A stretch of 64,000 nucleotides of DNA from Piromyces finnis finn. Lineage: Eukaryota; Fungi; Neocallimastigomycota. Numbering within the stretch: position 1 is the stretch's first letter; every line of letters starts with the position of its first letter. Positions 46,841 through 64,000 of this stretch are shown piece by piece. The position numbers were made by a program, and so were the translations under genes. The notes beneath the pieces were generated by a model. It made no database searches, was not told the origin of the DNA, and saw nothing but the letters and a program-made list of their open reading frames with translations. The DNA lies in contig MCFH01000034.1 of NCBI GenBank assembly GCA_002104945.1, forward strand, positions 62,001 through 126,000. The letters run 5' to 3'.

Positions 46841-49231
46841 TTATGAACATAAGGAATCATTGATTACACACCAATTATTATTTTCTACACCCCAGTTAAC
46901 ACCGTTTTCTTTGGTGTATACGATACAAGAGGATTTACAGCATGGATAGCCTTCAACTGATTTACATTCTTTAAAACCAAAGTTAACAGCAATAGATTCA
47001 CAATTCTTTGGAATACCACACCATTGTCCATCAACAATACCCCATTCTCCATCATTATCGAAATAGTAAACTGGAGCACAAGAATCACAGCAAGAGTAAC
47101 CTAAAGCCTTTGCCCAACAGCTTGTAGAAGTGTTAGTAGTTGGTTTATTATTGTTGCTGCTTGCATTACTACTACCATCAACTGGTTCAAATACCCAGGT
47201 TTGGTTGGATTGACCACCAACAGTCCATTGACAAACATTAGTACCATCAGATGTTCCAAAGTTATAAACATCTAAAGCTTTTTTACCATTACTAACCTTT
47301 GTAGTAATAATGAATGAATTACCAGCTGGTTTAAGAGAGAACTTTTGGGCATCACCACTGTAACCAATATAAATAAGAATATTATTACCATCAGTATCTT
47401 TAGCATTAGCTACATCTAACATAAAGTTTCCAAGAGCACTAGTTAAAGTAATGTAACCATCACTTGTTTGTGTAACCTTCCATTTTTGTCCAGAAGCACC
47501 TGCAAAGGTTCCGATTTCGACATTAGTATTGGCTACACCATTATTACCCTTTACTTGAAGATATTTGTTAGATCCAGTATTCTTAATGTAATACCATCCA
47601 TCTACAACATTAGTTGTACTAGTATTAGTATTGACATTAGTATTAGTATTTGTATTAGTGTTAGTATTAGTGTTACTGTTGTTGTTTGATTGGGAGCTTG
47701 TTGGTCTAGTTACTGCAATAGTTGTTGTTGGAACATTTTGAGAAGAATTATTGTTATTGCTAGTTTGGCTTCCACTACCACCTCCTAATTGCCATGATTC
47801 AATACTTAAATCACCAGATGCAACAAAGAAAAGATTTTTAGTACCGGAAGCACCACTAATACTACCAGTAACATTTTGTAAAGAACCACCAGCTGGAATA
47901 TCAACATAACCAATAGCTTGACCATTTTCACTACCAGTACAAATCTTAACAGTAGCACCTGATTTAGATGAAGCCTTAAGAGTAATAGATTGAGCATTAC
48001 CTAAAGCAACATTGGAAACACCAGTCCAACCACCACGAGAATAATTAACAGTGGTAACTGCAGCTTGTCCCTTAACACTAATACCATATTGCCAAGCGAA
48101 ACTAGCAGCATAATTAAGAGCTGAACCATCAACATCATGTAATTGAGTAACACCAGCAAGAGTACCTTTAGCATTACCTAATGAATTACCGTTAACTGGC
48201 ATTTCATTAACATGAGTAGTACGATAACCCTTTTGACTACCGAAAACTTGCTTGTTAAGCCATTCAGTGTGATAGAAAATATAATATTTGTTTTTAAATT
48301 CAATAATAGTGTGGTGATTATTACCAGTAGTTTGGAAGAAATCTCCTGGATTGTTGAAACATGTACCTTTGTAACTGAATGGTCCCATTGGACTGTTACT
48401 AGTCATGTATGCAATTCTAGCATTACCATATGGTCCATTATCCCAATTAGTACAGTAAGAATAAACATAAGTGTTTCCCATCTTATGAATACCAGAATCT
48501 TCAAATACCCATGGGGCATCAATAGTTTGTGGAGTACCAGAAATACTAATCATATCATTACCTAACTTAACAACACGAACAGTTTTTGGATTAGCACTTT
48601 GACCTTGTGGAACACCACCACCAAAGTAAAGATAACCAGTACCGTCAGAATCAACAAATACAGCTGGATCAAAAAGCCATGTAATTCCAGAACAATTTGG
48701 AGTTTGGTGAGTAATAAGAGCTCTTCCAAGTGGATCAGTAAATGGACCAGTTGGAGAATCACTAGTTAAAACACCAAGACCACTACCACTGTTAGCAAAG
48801 TAAAGGAAGAACTTATCCTTACCGTTAATGGTTTTCCAAGCAGCTGATGGAGCCCATGAGTTCTTGGCCCATTTAGCAGCACCACCACCACCAGCAGCAG
48901 CGATTGGTCCGTGATCCATCCAGTTAACTAAATCAGAAGATGACATACAATTAATAGTGTTAATTTGATCGTACTTGTTTTCGCCTACGTTCTTATTAGC
49001 AACATCACCATCATTTGTAGCATAAACATAAACTCTATCCTTATAAACCATAACACCTGGATCAGCACTGTATCTGTGGGTAATTAATGGATTCTTGTTA
49101 GAAACAGGCTTAATTGGTTTACCTGCGTTTACACCATTGAATGAACTTGCACCTGCAGCATTTGCAAATCCATTAAATAAGGTTGCTGATAATAAGATTA
49201 TATATGAAAATAAAGTTGATTTCATTTTCAC
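46841..49231 (-). CDS. Cellulosomal GH43 (XynD-like) + CBM6-like + Asn/Thr linker + ricin-type beta-trefoil (CBM13-like) + two fungal non-catalytic dockerin domains; intronless
   Basis: Same catalytic core as 38514-40688. QxW-type repeats (SGQKWKV, DAQKFSL, SNQTWVF). Dockerins CWAKALGYSCC...WGIVDGQWCGI and GYPCC...WGVENNNWCVI. Confidence 0.93.
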   Translation of the reverse strand: MKMKSTLFSYIILLSATLFNGFANAAGASSFNGVNAGKPIKPVSNKNPLITHRYSADPGVMVYKDRVYVYATNDGDVANKNVGENKYDQINTINCMSSSDLVNWMDHGPIAAAGGGGAAKWAKNSWAPSAAWKTINGKDKFFLYFANSGSGLGVLTSDSPTGPFTDPLGRALITHQTPNCSGITWLFDPAVFVDSDGTGYLYFGGGVPQGQSANPKTVRVVKLGNDMISISGTPQTIDAPWVFEDSGIHKMGNTYVYSYCTNWDNGPYGNARIAYMTSNSPMGPFSYKGTCFNNPGDFFQTTGNNHHTIIEFKNKYYIFYHTEWLNKQVFGSQKGYRTTHVNEMPVNGNSLGNAKGTLAGVTQLHDVDGSALNYAASFAWQYGISVKGQAAVTTVNYSRGGWTGVSNVALGNAQSITLKASSKSGATVKICTGSENGQAIGYVDIPAGGSLQNVTGSISGASGTKNLFFVASGDLSIESWQLGGGSGSQTSNNNNSSQNVPTTTIAVTRPTSSQSNNNSNTNTNTNTNTNTNVNTNTSTTNVVDGWYYIKNTGSNKYLQVKGNNGVANTNVEIGTFAGASGQKWKVTQTSDGYITLTSALGNFMLDVANAKDTDGNNILIYIGYSGDAQKFSLKPAGNSFIITTKVSNGKKALDVYNFGTSDGTNVCQWTVGGQSNQTWVFEPVDGSSNASSNNNKPTTNTSTSCWAKALGYSCCDSCAPVYYFDNDGEWGIVDGQWCGIPKNCESIAVNFGFKECKSVEGYPCCKSSCIVYTKENGVNWGVENNNWCVINDSLCS

Positions 49232-50762
49232 TGCTATTATTATAAAATAATAATTATGCTATGTCGTAAATTTATTTTTAATTATTAACAGATTTAATTT
49301 CTTAATTCAGTTTCTTAATATTATATACAAATTATGAATTTAAATTGTTAATTATTATTAATTTTTCTTCTAAATCAATTTCAAAAAATAATTACCAATA
49401 TTAAACAAACGAAAAAATTTACAACTTGAAGAAAAAAATAATATACTTTTTAATTCTATTTATAATATTCATTGTGTATTAATGAATATATATATTGTAT
49501 ATATAATATAAATATAATGATATTTAATTGTATACCAATAAATATTTTTACACAATTGTAATTTTAATTGTTATATAAAGTAATTTATTATTAAATTTAA
49601 ATACATAATAATTGTAAATGAGGATTTCAAAATAAATTAATTCGAAAAGTTTGAATAATAGTATTTTAATATTACAAAGTTTGCAAATCTTTTCTTTCAA
49701 TGACAACAAAACTTTAATTATTATAAAATTTTGATTTGTTATTTCTCAAAATATATTATTATACATTTAAAGTATAATAACAATATATTATATAATTTAA
49801 AATTTTATTTATTTTTTTTTTCATATTTTGATAATTATTTATTTAATAAAAAAAATTAATTTACCGTTCATTTATATGATATTAATCTTATAATATAATA
49901 TTTTTATTAAACAATATAAAGAGTTTACTGTAATATACATATAATATATATTATAAAAATATTATTATTTATTAACTTTAATTAATATTATATCCTTTAT
50001 ATTTTTATTTAAGTATTTTAATTTATTAGCCAAATTCTATAATTTATTTAATAAAATATTTTAAATAATTGCTTTAAAAATAAAAAATATATTTTATTTC
50101 ATATACTATTTGAAAAGTAAATTTTAAAAGGAATAAATATATAATACTAAGAAAGCAAACACTTTTTTTTTTTCGTAGTTTCAGTATATATATTTTTTTT
50201 TTGACGAATTAATCTTAACTTTTTTAATATCTTTATTACATGGGAAAATATATTTAGGCATGTTTCATTAAAGTGACGATCAAAAAAACTTTGTACTCTC
50301 AAAACAAACAAAATAAAAATATTAAACTCTATAATAAATAATAAAGAAAATAAATTTAAAAATTTATTTCAATAATAAAAATAATATTTAAAATATTGAT
50401 TAGTTTTGTTTTTATAAATTCTCTGATTAACTCATAATAAATAATGTTTTAAACTATTTTTCTTTGCTCTTTTAATTTTTTTTTTTTTTAGAAAAAAAAA
50501 AAAGGAGAAAATTATCATTAAAATAGTTTAAAAATATTTAATATTAAAAAATTTTCCCATACTAGTCTTTTATAATGATACATTTTTAAAATAAAATATA
50601 TTATTAACTTTAATATTCTCATTATTTCATAATTTGAAGTAATAAAACAATAAAACAGTAATTAATTATAACTATAATTTATACACTAATGGTAACATTA
50701 TTTTTATAAAATTTTATTTCTTTGAATATATATCACCATTTAAACAATTATGGTAATAAACT

Positions 50763-51032
50763 TTTACCCATACTAACCAATTTATTTAATAAAATTAGTC
50801 ATTAAACAGTGAATAAAAAAAACTTTAAAAAATGTGTTTTTTTTTTTTTAATTTAATTAAAGATATATATTTGTTATAAAAAATATTTATTAATTTAGGT
50901 GGTCCTTTTTAATTCATTTATATATATTACTTCATATGAAAGATATATATTTAATATTATAAAGATTAATAAAAATTAAATTATTTACGTGGGTAAATCT
51001 TTGTTTTTTCACCCAATATCATACTGGGTAAA
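50763..51032. promoter_or_regulatory. Cluster of TGGGTAAA motifs upstream of the cellulosomal GH43 (candidate TF sites)
   Basis: Exact copies at 50763-50770 (-), 50990-50997 (+) and 51025-51032 (+), and a one-mismatch copy at 51008-51015 (-). Function is inferred only. Confidence 0.3.
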
Positions 51033-52027
51033 ATCACTATGATAATGATATGATTAAAAGCTTAATAGCTTTTAAATTTTTTTTTTTTTTTTTTTTTTTT
51101 TTTGCGGTTAAATACAAATATGGAAATATATAAAATTACACAAATATAATCATAAATAGCTTGTGCTATAAATTGTCGTATAAATTAATAATATCCTTTT
51201 ATATTTTATCTACTATAAAATAATTAAAATAAAAAAGAAATATAATAATAATTCATATTTATATTTGTGTATACAAAATATAAACCATTCAATAAATAAT
51301 TTATGTAATAGTTACATAATAAATAATAATTTAAATTTTATTCAATATTTTATATATATTATATAATATATATAATTTATATAGAAACTTTAACTTACTA
51401 AATATGATTTAGTATATTAGATACACTTATAATTCTCACTTTATTTGTTTTAATTAACAAAAAGATAAAATCTTATATAGTAGAAAAAAATACTTTTAAA
51501 ATAGAATAATAGAAAAAAATAAAGCTTAATAGTTAATCTATAATTAGAACTTAATAGTTCTTTAAAATACATAAATAAAAGATAAAAGATGATTAAAAAC
51601 AAATATATGAAATTATAAAAACAAACTGGATATTATCATGAGTATTCGTTTTTTCATTGAAGATAAAAAATAAAGCAGAATTGTGGAATTAATATTTATA
51701 TCATATTATTTTCTTCATGAATTAAAAAAAAAAAAGAATATAATAAAAATATGAAATTAAAATGAACAAATATTAATTTTTATTTATTTTATTCTTGTAT
51801 ATATAAATATTTTTTTAAAATATAAAGTGTATAAATGTTTTAAATAAATAAATATTATATTAAATATTATAAATATACATATATATTTATCATTTATGAA
51901 TTAATAAATTCTTTATTTTAATATTATTATTTCTATTATTATTTTTTTTAATTAACCTTTTAATATTTTTTTTTATTTGTTTATTTATTATTTCCCTATT
52001 CTTTTAATAGAAACAATTATTTATTTA

Positions 52028-55000
52028 TTATTTTTTGTTTTCAATTGGATATTTAGTAGCTAATTTCCACTGTGTTTTTGACTCTTCACATGTAATCATA
52101 TCAATTGAGACATGATTATTCTTTGATTTTTCTTTTGTATTAATGTTTAAACAAAGATCTATATTCGAAGATAAATCAAAAATTTTCAGTTTTTTATTTT
52201 CGTAGGTAATGATAGAAGAATGATTCTTTACATAAAATTTATCTAATGCAATTACTTCAATAAATTTTGTGATTACCAATTCATTTTGAGTATATATAAT
52301 GCTCAAATCATTAGATTTTTCATTAATATAATAACCTTGATTATTATCCGGAATTAGCCATTTTTGATACTTATTATTTGAATCACAAGGTTCTAACAAA
52401 GCTTTTTGATTAGTTTTATTTGTTGCTGTTAAACATAGGTTTAATTCTTCATTATAAATCCAAACAGATTTGGTATTAGTTATAATATATTTAAATATTG
52501 TATACGGTGTGTAATCATTTGGATCGAATATCTCTCCAAAATCATTGTAAAGAACTTCTTCAGATGGAGATTCCGTTTCAGATACAGTGATATAAATTGA
52601 ATCTTCTATAATTTCAGTAATAATTTCATAATCAGTTACTTCTGTTGTTTCGGACACATATATAGAATTTTCTATAATTTCAGTAATAGTGTCATAATCA
52701 ATTGATGGTGAATATAAAGTTTCATTTTCATTTATGTTTGATAAACTATTTGTTTCCTCTTCTTCATGAATATATACATTATCAATTTCAACTTGATTAG
52801 TAGTACTATTATTATTTTCACTTATATCTGTATAAATATCATTTTCATCATCACTTCCAGATCCTCCATAAATATCAATATTAGCTGTAACTTCTTCTTC
52901 ATCAGATTCTGATTCTTCATTAGAATCATTATTAATAGTAACTTCTTTCTCAATACCATTTTCATTATCAATGGATTTATCTTTTTCATAATATGAATAT
53001 TTATTACGCTTTTGTTTTATAATATCTTTTTCTTCAGCTGCATTGTTATTTATGGTAACACTATTATAACTATAACCAAAAAGTTTTTGTGCATCTCTTA
53101 TTCTCCAATGCTGATATTCGTCTTCATGATTACAATCATCCATCATAACACGGAGACCTTTACTTTCTGTTAATATAGTAATACCATAAGGATCAAAGTC
53201 GCTTAAAATTGGTTTTAAACATTTACCCGGGAATGCGTCACTTTGAATGAAATCACCATTAATACTAGTAGTAATATCTTTAAATAAAGAACCACTAGCA
53301 CATTCATAGGCAAAAGCGTAGCCATTTTCATCAAGATTAATACAAACATCATAATAATAATCTTCAATAAATTGTGTTTCTCCATGTGTTGATACATACC
53401 AAATAGAATCTTCATATATATCTCTATCAATAATATTATCTGAATTCATACAAACAGTTAAAATAACGTTGTTGGTTATATAATTGTTTGGGGCAAATTT
53501 GAGACATAAATCATTATAGTAGTTATATATTGAAGCGTACTTGTACTTTTTTTCATTTCCAGATATATTTATTCCTTTATTGGAAACCACATTACTTGGA
53601 GAACACTGGCCATATTCACTTTGACAATTAAATTCACATAATTTTCTTGTCTTACCACAGTAACCATCAACAGAACAGCAATCTCCATTAGAACATGACA
53701 TTTTTCCAGATGGAATACCACAACCCTTGTAATCGCCATCTGAAGAGTAAACCACATTCTTTCCAACGTTAACAAAATTATTTGGAATATCCATATCATT
53801 TAAATTTCCAATAATATTCTTTAATGAAAGATCAACAAGCATTTTTCTCATAATATCTTTATTAAAAGTTATTTCTGGATGTTCAGAAATCAACAATGCA
53901 GCAACACCCGCTACGATTGGAGCAGAAAAAGATGTACCATATTTTAATGAAAAATCTGAAAAGACTTTATCATCAGTAAAGCTACTAGGTAAACTAGCTA
54001 ATTGAGCAAAACCGGGTGCATAAATATCAATACAATTACCATAATTACTGAAAATTGGCATTTCATAAGCATTTATTCCACTTGTAAGTTCTTTTTCTTT
54101 AATATAGTTATTAATACTACCAACACTAATAGTATCAACATAACCAGCTGGATAATATTTGTCATTAACTAAACCATTAGAAGCATATCTAATTTCAGTA
54201 GAACAAGCATCAATACCATCATTTCCAGCAGATGTAAAAATCATGAAACCTTTTCTAGTTGCAATATTTATTATTTTATCTAATGCACCTATGTAAAAAT
54301 ATGAACCAGAAGAAATATTAATAACAGTTTTGTGTGGATTTTCAGCATGATCTATAATATACATTAAAGAACTAATGTAATCATATGCAGTTCCTGAAAT
54401 GGCAATAACATGAATATTAGCTTTTTTTGCAACACCATAAATAGAGCCAGCTGCAGCAGAAGCAACAGCTGTCCCATGATATTGCTTTTCTTTAGTTTTA
54501 TAACAATTTTTATTTCTTTTGTCATCTTTAGAATATTCATCAAAATCAAATTCATAAGCAAAACCGTCACATGTTACAGTACGTTCGGTAGTATCAAAGT
54601 CTATATGATCAATATAGATACCACTATCAATAATATAAATATCTACACCAGCTCCAGCAGAAGAAGGGTAATAATAATTTGTATCATATTTTCCAATAAG
54701 ATTAAAATCAACTTTTGATTGTGAAATAAGAGATAGATGTGTATAAGTATCTTCATCAACTGATACATCAGACCATTTTGTATCAACCTTAATATCCGTT
54801 ATATTATAATATTGGTCATTTTGATTATTTCTCTTTTCAGATTTTTTTGTTTTTTCTAACTGAACTTGGTTAAAATATGTATTTTCTAATACTGGAACTT
54901 CAGGAATTTCGATTTTAAAATTTTCAACAATTTCAACAACATTTGATAGATTTTTTATTATTTCATATAATTCTTGAGAAAGATATGCATAAATAATACT

Positions 55001-55570
55001 AACATCCAAAATAATATATGACTTCTTTAGAATTTTTGAAAAAGCTTTATTATTAATTATATCATCAGTTGAAATCGTACTACGTTTATGAATCATACTA
55101 TATACTTCATTGTTAACAATTCTATCTTTTTCATAAGTATTGATATTATCTAAAATAATTTCTGCTAATTCTCTTACTTGCTTATTAATAAATGATTTCT
55201 TTGGTTTTAATTGCTTTTCTAATTTTTCAATACTAATTCCATTATGATTACTATTATTTTTATTTTCTGTTGACAATTTACAGATGTTTGTGTCATTTGA
55301 ATTCAATTGTGAAATGCAATCATCACTTTCAATAATTTGCTCAAGTTCATTAAGGTCTGTTGAATTAAATCTTGGAGTTTCATCCTTTCTATTTAATCTT
55401 TCATTCTTTCTATCAAATTTAGAAGGTTGGATATTAAATGAATATTTATTTGAATCCTTGATTGATATTATGTAATATTTATTATTTGTATTATTTTCTT
55501 TTTTTTTTGCTTCAATAAAACTAATTAAAGCAATAAATAATATAAATAATATTGAATTTATTGAATGCAT
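52028..55570 (-). CDS. Secreted subtilisin-like S8 protease with prodomain, hevein-type chitin-binding domain (CBM18), ricin-like trefoils and acidic linker; intronless
   Basis: Signal peptide; catalytic triad motifs IYIIDSGI, YHGTAVAS and GTSFSAPIVAG; oxyanion motif SAGNDG; hevein pattern CSNGDCCSVDGYCG..CQSEYGQC; ricin-like LCL...C...QxW repeats. Confidence 0.92.
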   Translation of the reverse strand: MHSINSILFILFIALISFIEAKKKENNTNNKYYIISIKDSNKYSFNIQPSKFDRKNERLNRKDETPRFNSTDLNELEQIIESDDCISQLNSNDTNICKLSTENKNNSNHNGISIEKLEKQLKPKKSFINKQVRELAEIILDNINTYEKDRIVNNEVYSMIHKRSTISTDDIINNKAFSKILKKSYIILDVSIIYAYLSQELYEIIKNLSNVVEIVENFKIEIPEVPVLENTYFNQVQLEKTKKSEKRNNQNDQYYNITDIKVDTKWSDVSVDEDTYTHLSLISQSKVDFNLIGKYDTNYYYPSSAGAGVDIYIIDSGIYIDHIDFDTTERTVTCDGFAYEFDFDEYSKDDKRNKNCYKTKEKQYHGTAVASAAAGSIYGVAKKANIHVIAISGTAYDYISSLMYIIDHAENPHKTVINISSGSYFYIGALDKIINIATRKGFMIFTSAGNDGIDACSTEIRYASNGLVNDKYYPAGYVDTISVGSINNYIKEKELTSGINAYEMPIFSNYGNCIDIYAPGFAQLASLPSSFTDDKVFSDFSLKYGTSFSAPIVAGVAALLISEHPEITFNKDIMRKMLVDLSLKNIIGNLNDMDIPNNFVNVGKNVVYSSDGDYKGCGIPSGKMSCSNGDCCSVDGYCGKTRKLCEFNCQSEYGQCSPSNVVSNKGINISGNEKKYKYASIYNYYNDLCLKFAPNNYITNNVILTVCMNSDNIIDRDIYEDSIWYVSTHGETQFIEDYYYDVCINLDENGYAFAYECASGSLFKDITTSINGDFIQSDAFPGKCLKPILSDFDPYGITILTESKGLRVMMDDCNHEDEYQHWRIRDAQKLFGYSYNSVTINNNAAEEKDIIKQKRNKYSYYEKDKSIDNENGIEKEVTINNDSNEESESDEEEVTANIDIYGGSGSDDENDIYTDISENNNSTTNQVEIDNVYIHEEEETNSLSNINENETLYSPSIDYDTITEIIENSIYVSETTEVTDYEIITEIIEDSIYITVSETESPSEEVLYNDFGEIFDPNDYTPYTIFKYIITNTKSVWIYNEELNLCLTATNKTNQKALLEPCDSNNKYQKWLIPDNNQGYYINEKSNDLSIIYTQNELVITKFIEVIALDKFYVKNHSSIITYENKKLKIFDLSSNIDLCLNINTKEKSKNNHVSIDMITCEESKTQWKLATKYPIENKK

Positions 55571-55748
55571 TCTATTTTTATTTTATTTTATTTTATTTTT
55601 TAAATATACTTACTTCTATTAAAATTTATTTTTTAATTTTATATAGATTAATTTTAAATTTATTAATATTTCTTTTCTTTTTAACTTTTTATTATATTAT
55701 TATTATTTATAATTTCATGATTTTTACTTTAAATTAATATAAATCTAG

Positions 55749-55780
<32 letters not shown>

Positions 55781-55896
55781 AATAAATATCTTTTATTATT
55801 ATTTAGACCAGAATATAAATTAAAATTAAAATTAAATTATTTATTATTGATGTTATAATAAATACTGTGTACTAATAACCTTATTTATTATTATTT

Positions 55897-55900
<4 letters not shown>

Positions 55901-55942
<42 letters not shown>

Positions 55943-56473
55943 TTCCGAGTGCATTTCTCCCATCGATCAGAGTTAGCTCCAATGGTGGTTCTTAGAGAAA
56001 CGTTGGCTCATTCCTATTGCTAGGTGGTTGTGACCCTCCTGGTCTGTCATACTGTTTCTTCAGCTTCGACGCTCACTTAATCCATGTACATTAGATGCAT
56101 GTCGTTGTACGATATTTCACAACTACAATGCTAAGCCTCTTATAGTCAATTTGATCACGTGTCAACCGCCCCCTAATGTTTACACTTAAATTGATTAAGG
56201 AATATTATGTGTTTTTGGCATAGCCTAAGTCACCACTTATTAAGTTCTAATTTGGAATGTACCATGTACACTAGACCCTCTCAGGCCGGCTAGACGAGTG
56301 TTATTATCATAGTAGTAAATTAGAAAGTTCATTTATACTTACCTGAATATCATAACCCAACCCATGGCAAACCCAGTGGGAAAATCCACAGGCACTGACA
56401 TCTGCGGGGTCGAACCAGAAGCCTTATGTATGCTAAGGAAACGCCTTAACAACCAGGATAAAAACTGGAACGA
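55901..56473 (-). mobile_element. Candidate tRNA-derived SINE with poly(A) tail and 14-bp target-site duplication
   Basis: GC-rich non-coding island. Minus-strand A-box-like TGGTTGTTAAGG (56444-56455) and B-box GGTTCGACCCC (56406-56416). A 41-nt T-run at 55899-55939. ATTATTATTTTATT at 55887-55900 and 56474-56487. 37/41 identity to the LINE-related segment 46123-46163. Confidence 0.68.
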
Positions 56474-57124
56474 ATTATTATTTTATTAGTTTTATATATT
56501 GAAAGATCAATAATATAAAGTAGAATTGTTTATTATTTGAGAAAAATAAAATTAATAATTTATTATACCACTAAATAACGTTTTAAAGATTTATTGGTAT
56601 TGGAAAAGAATCAAGGATCAGTATCAAAAGTAACATTTTATATAATCATTATCTATTATCCGTTACCTTCTAAATTACATTCTATGAATATCAATATATA
56701 AATATACATTATAAAATTATTAATAAAGCAATTAAATAATATTCTTTATTAATAAAAGAATTTGTTTTTTTATTAACTAATGTTATACAAAAATTTACTA
56801 TAAAGATTCAATAAAACTTTAATTAATATAAAATTCTTTATTTTCTAATTTCGAATCAATTAAATTAAATATATTAAAATTTAAAAGATTCAAAATGTTT
56901 CACAAATTATAATTATTTTTTAAATTTTATTTTATATTTAAATTATTTATTGTATTTATTATTAAATAAAGTTTTGTAAAATATAAGTAAAAAAAACTAA
57001 AATCATAAATAATGGTCTAGTAATGAGATAAATAAAATATTACAGAAAATATAAAAAACAATGAGGATATTACAATTAACAGAAAATTACTTTTTTAAAA
57101 AAAAAAAGTTCTGTTTAATTTAAA

Positions 57125-63384
<6,260 letters not shown>

Positions 63385-64000
63385 TTTTATTAATTAATAT
63401 TGTCGAAGTCGAATTAAAGAAATCTGGCAAAGAATTTCAAATTAATATATAAAATTGTAATAATAATGATAATTTGTTGACTATTTTTATATTATGATAT
63501 AATGAATTTTAAAAGCAATATATTATTCAATTATTTTTGAATAATAATATTTAAAAGTTGGACAATTAAAATTAAAATTTCTTTTTCAAATTTTTATTAT
63601 TCTTATTTTTTTTTTTTTTTGATTTTAAAGCATCAATATAATAATAAAGAGTTTGTTATGAAATGTTTTCCTCTTTTTTTTTTTTACTATAATTACTTTC
63701 AGAATATTTAAATTATTTAATGTAAAAAAAAAAAAAAAAAAAAAAAAAGCTACAATTATCAAATTTTTTCTTTATATAAATTTCTTTATATACAAATTTA
63801 TATGAAAAAAAGGAATATAAAGAAAGTAGGAAAAATTTATTAAATATTCAGAAGTTTATTTTTTTAACAATTATAAATTATATAGATTTAATTAAGAATA
63901 ATATATTGTCCTATTCAATTTTTAATTAATTTCAAAAAAATAAAATATATACATAAAAATTTTAAATTATATTTTTTTTTTTGAGATTATTATTATAAAA

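Noticed and set aside
56335-56345. ATACTTACCTG, matching the U1 snRNA 5' end
   Set aside because: The downstream sequence lacks the U1 stem-loop motifs and an Sm site. It is simply the reverse complement of a CAGGTAAGTAT donor-like motif.
56395-56472. Functional tRNA gene
   Set aside because: There is no 7-bp acceptor stem, the anticodon loop lacks U33 and the T-stem is imperfect. It is treated as a degenerate SINE head instead.

Overview
This is very AT-rich eukaryotic DNA with spliceosomal introns. Fungal non-catalytic dockerins, intronless bacterial-type GH43 genes and the base composition point to an anaerobic gut fungus (Neocallimastigomycota; inference, species not determinable). In order, the window holds: SF3B1 (+), MOT1/BTAF1 (-), an ER DnaJ protein with a SANT domain (+), a BAHD-like acyltransferase homologue (-), a very divergent mitochondrial-carrier-family protein (-), an HSF-type transcription factor (-), and a ~10.6 kb non-coding tract. 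Next come two convergent GH43-CBM6 paralogues (one ends in CBM1, the other in ricin plus two dockerins) separated by a rearranged LINE nest, then a multidomain subtilisin (-), a candidate tRNA-headed SINE (-) and SMC3 (-). The most notable findings are: (1) an AT-AC U12-type minor-spliceosome intron in SMC3; (2) a tRNA-derived SINE candidate with poly(A), a target-site duplication and a segment shared with the local LINE; (3) a strongly codon-biased carrier that has lost all three matrix salt bridges; (4) one GH43 core deployed as both a free and a cellulosomal enzyme, with gene-conversion-like tracts. Exon boundaries were derived by hand from splice signals and reading-frame continuity. No database searches were run.
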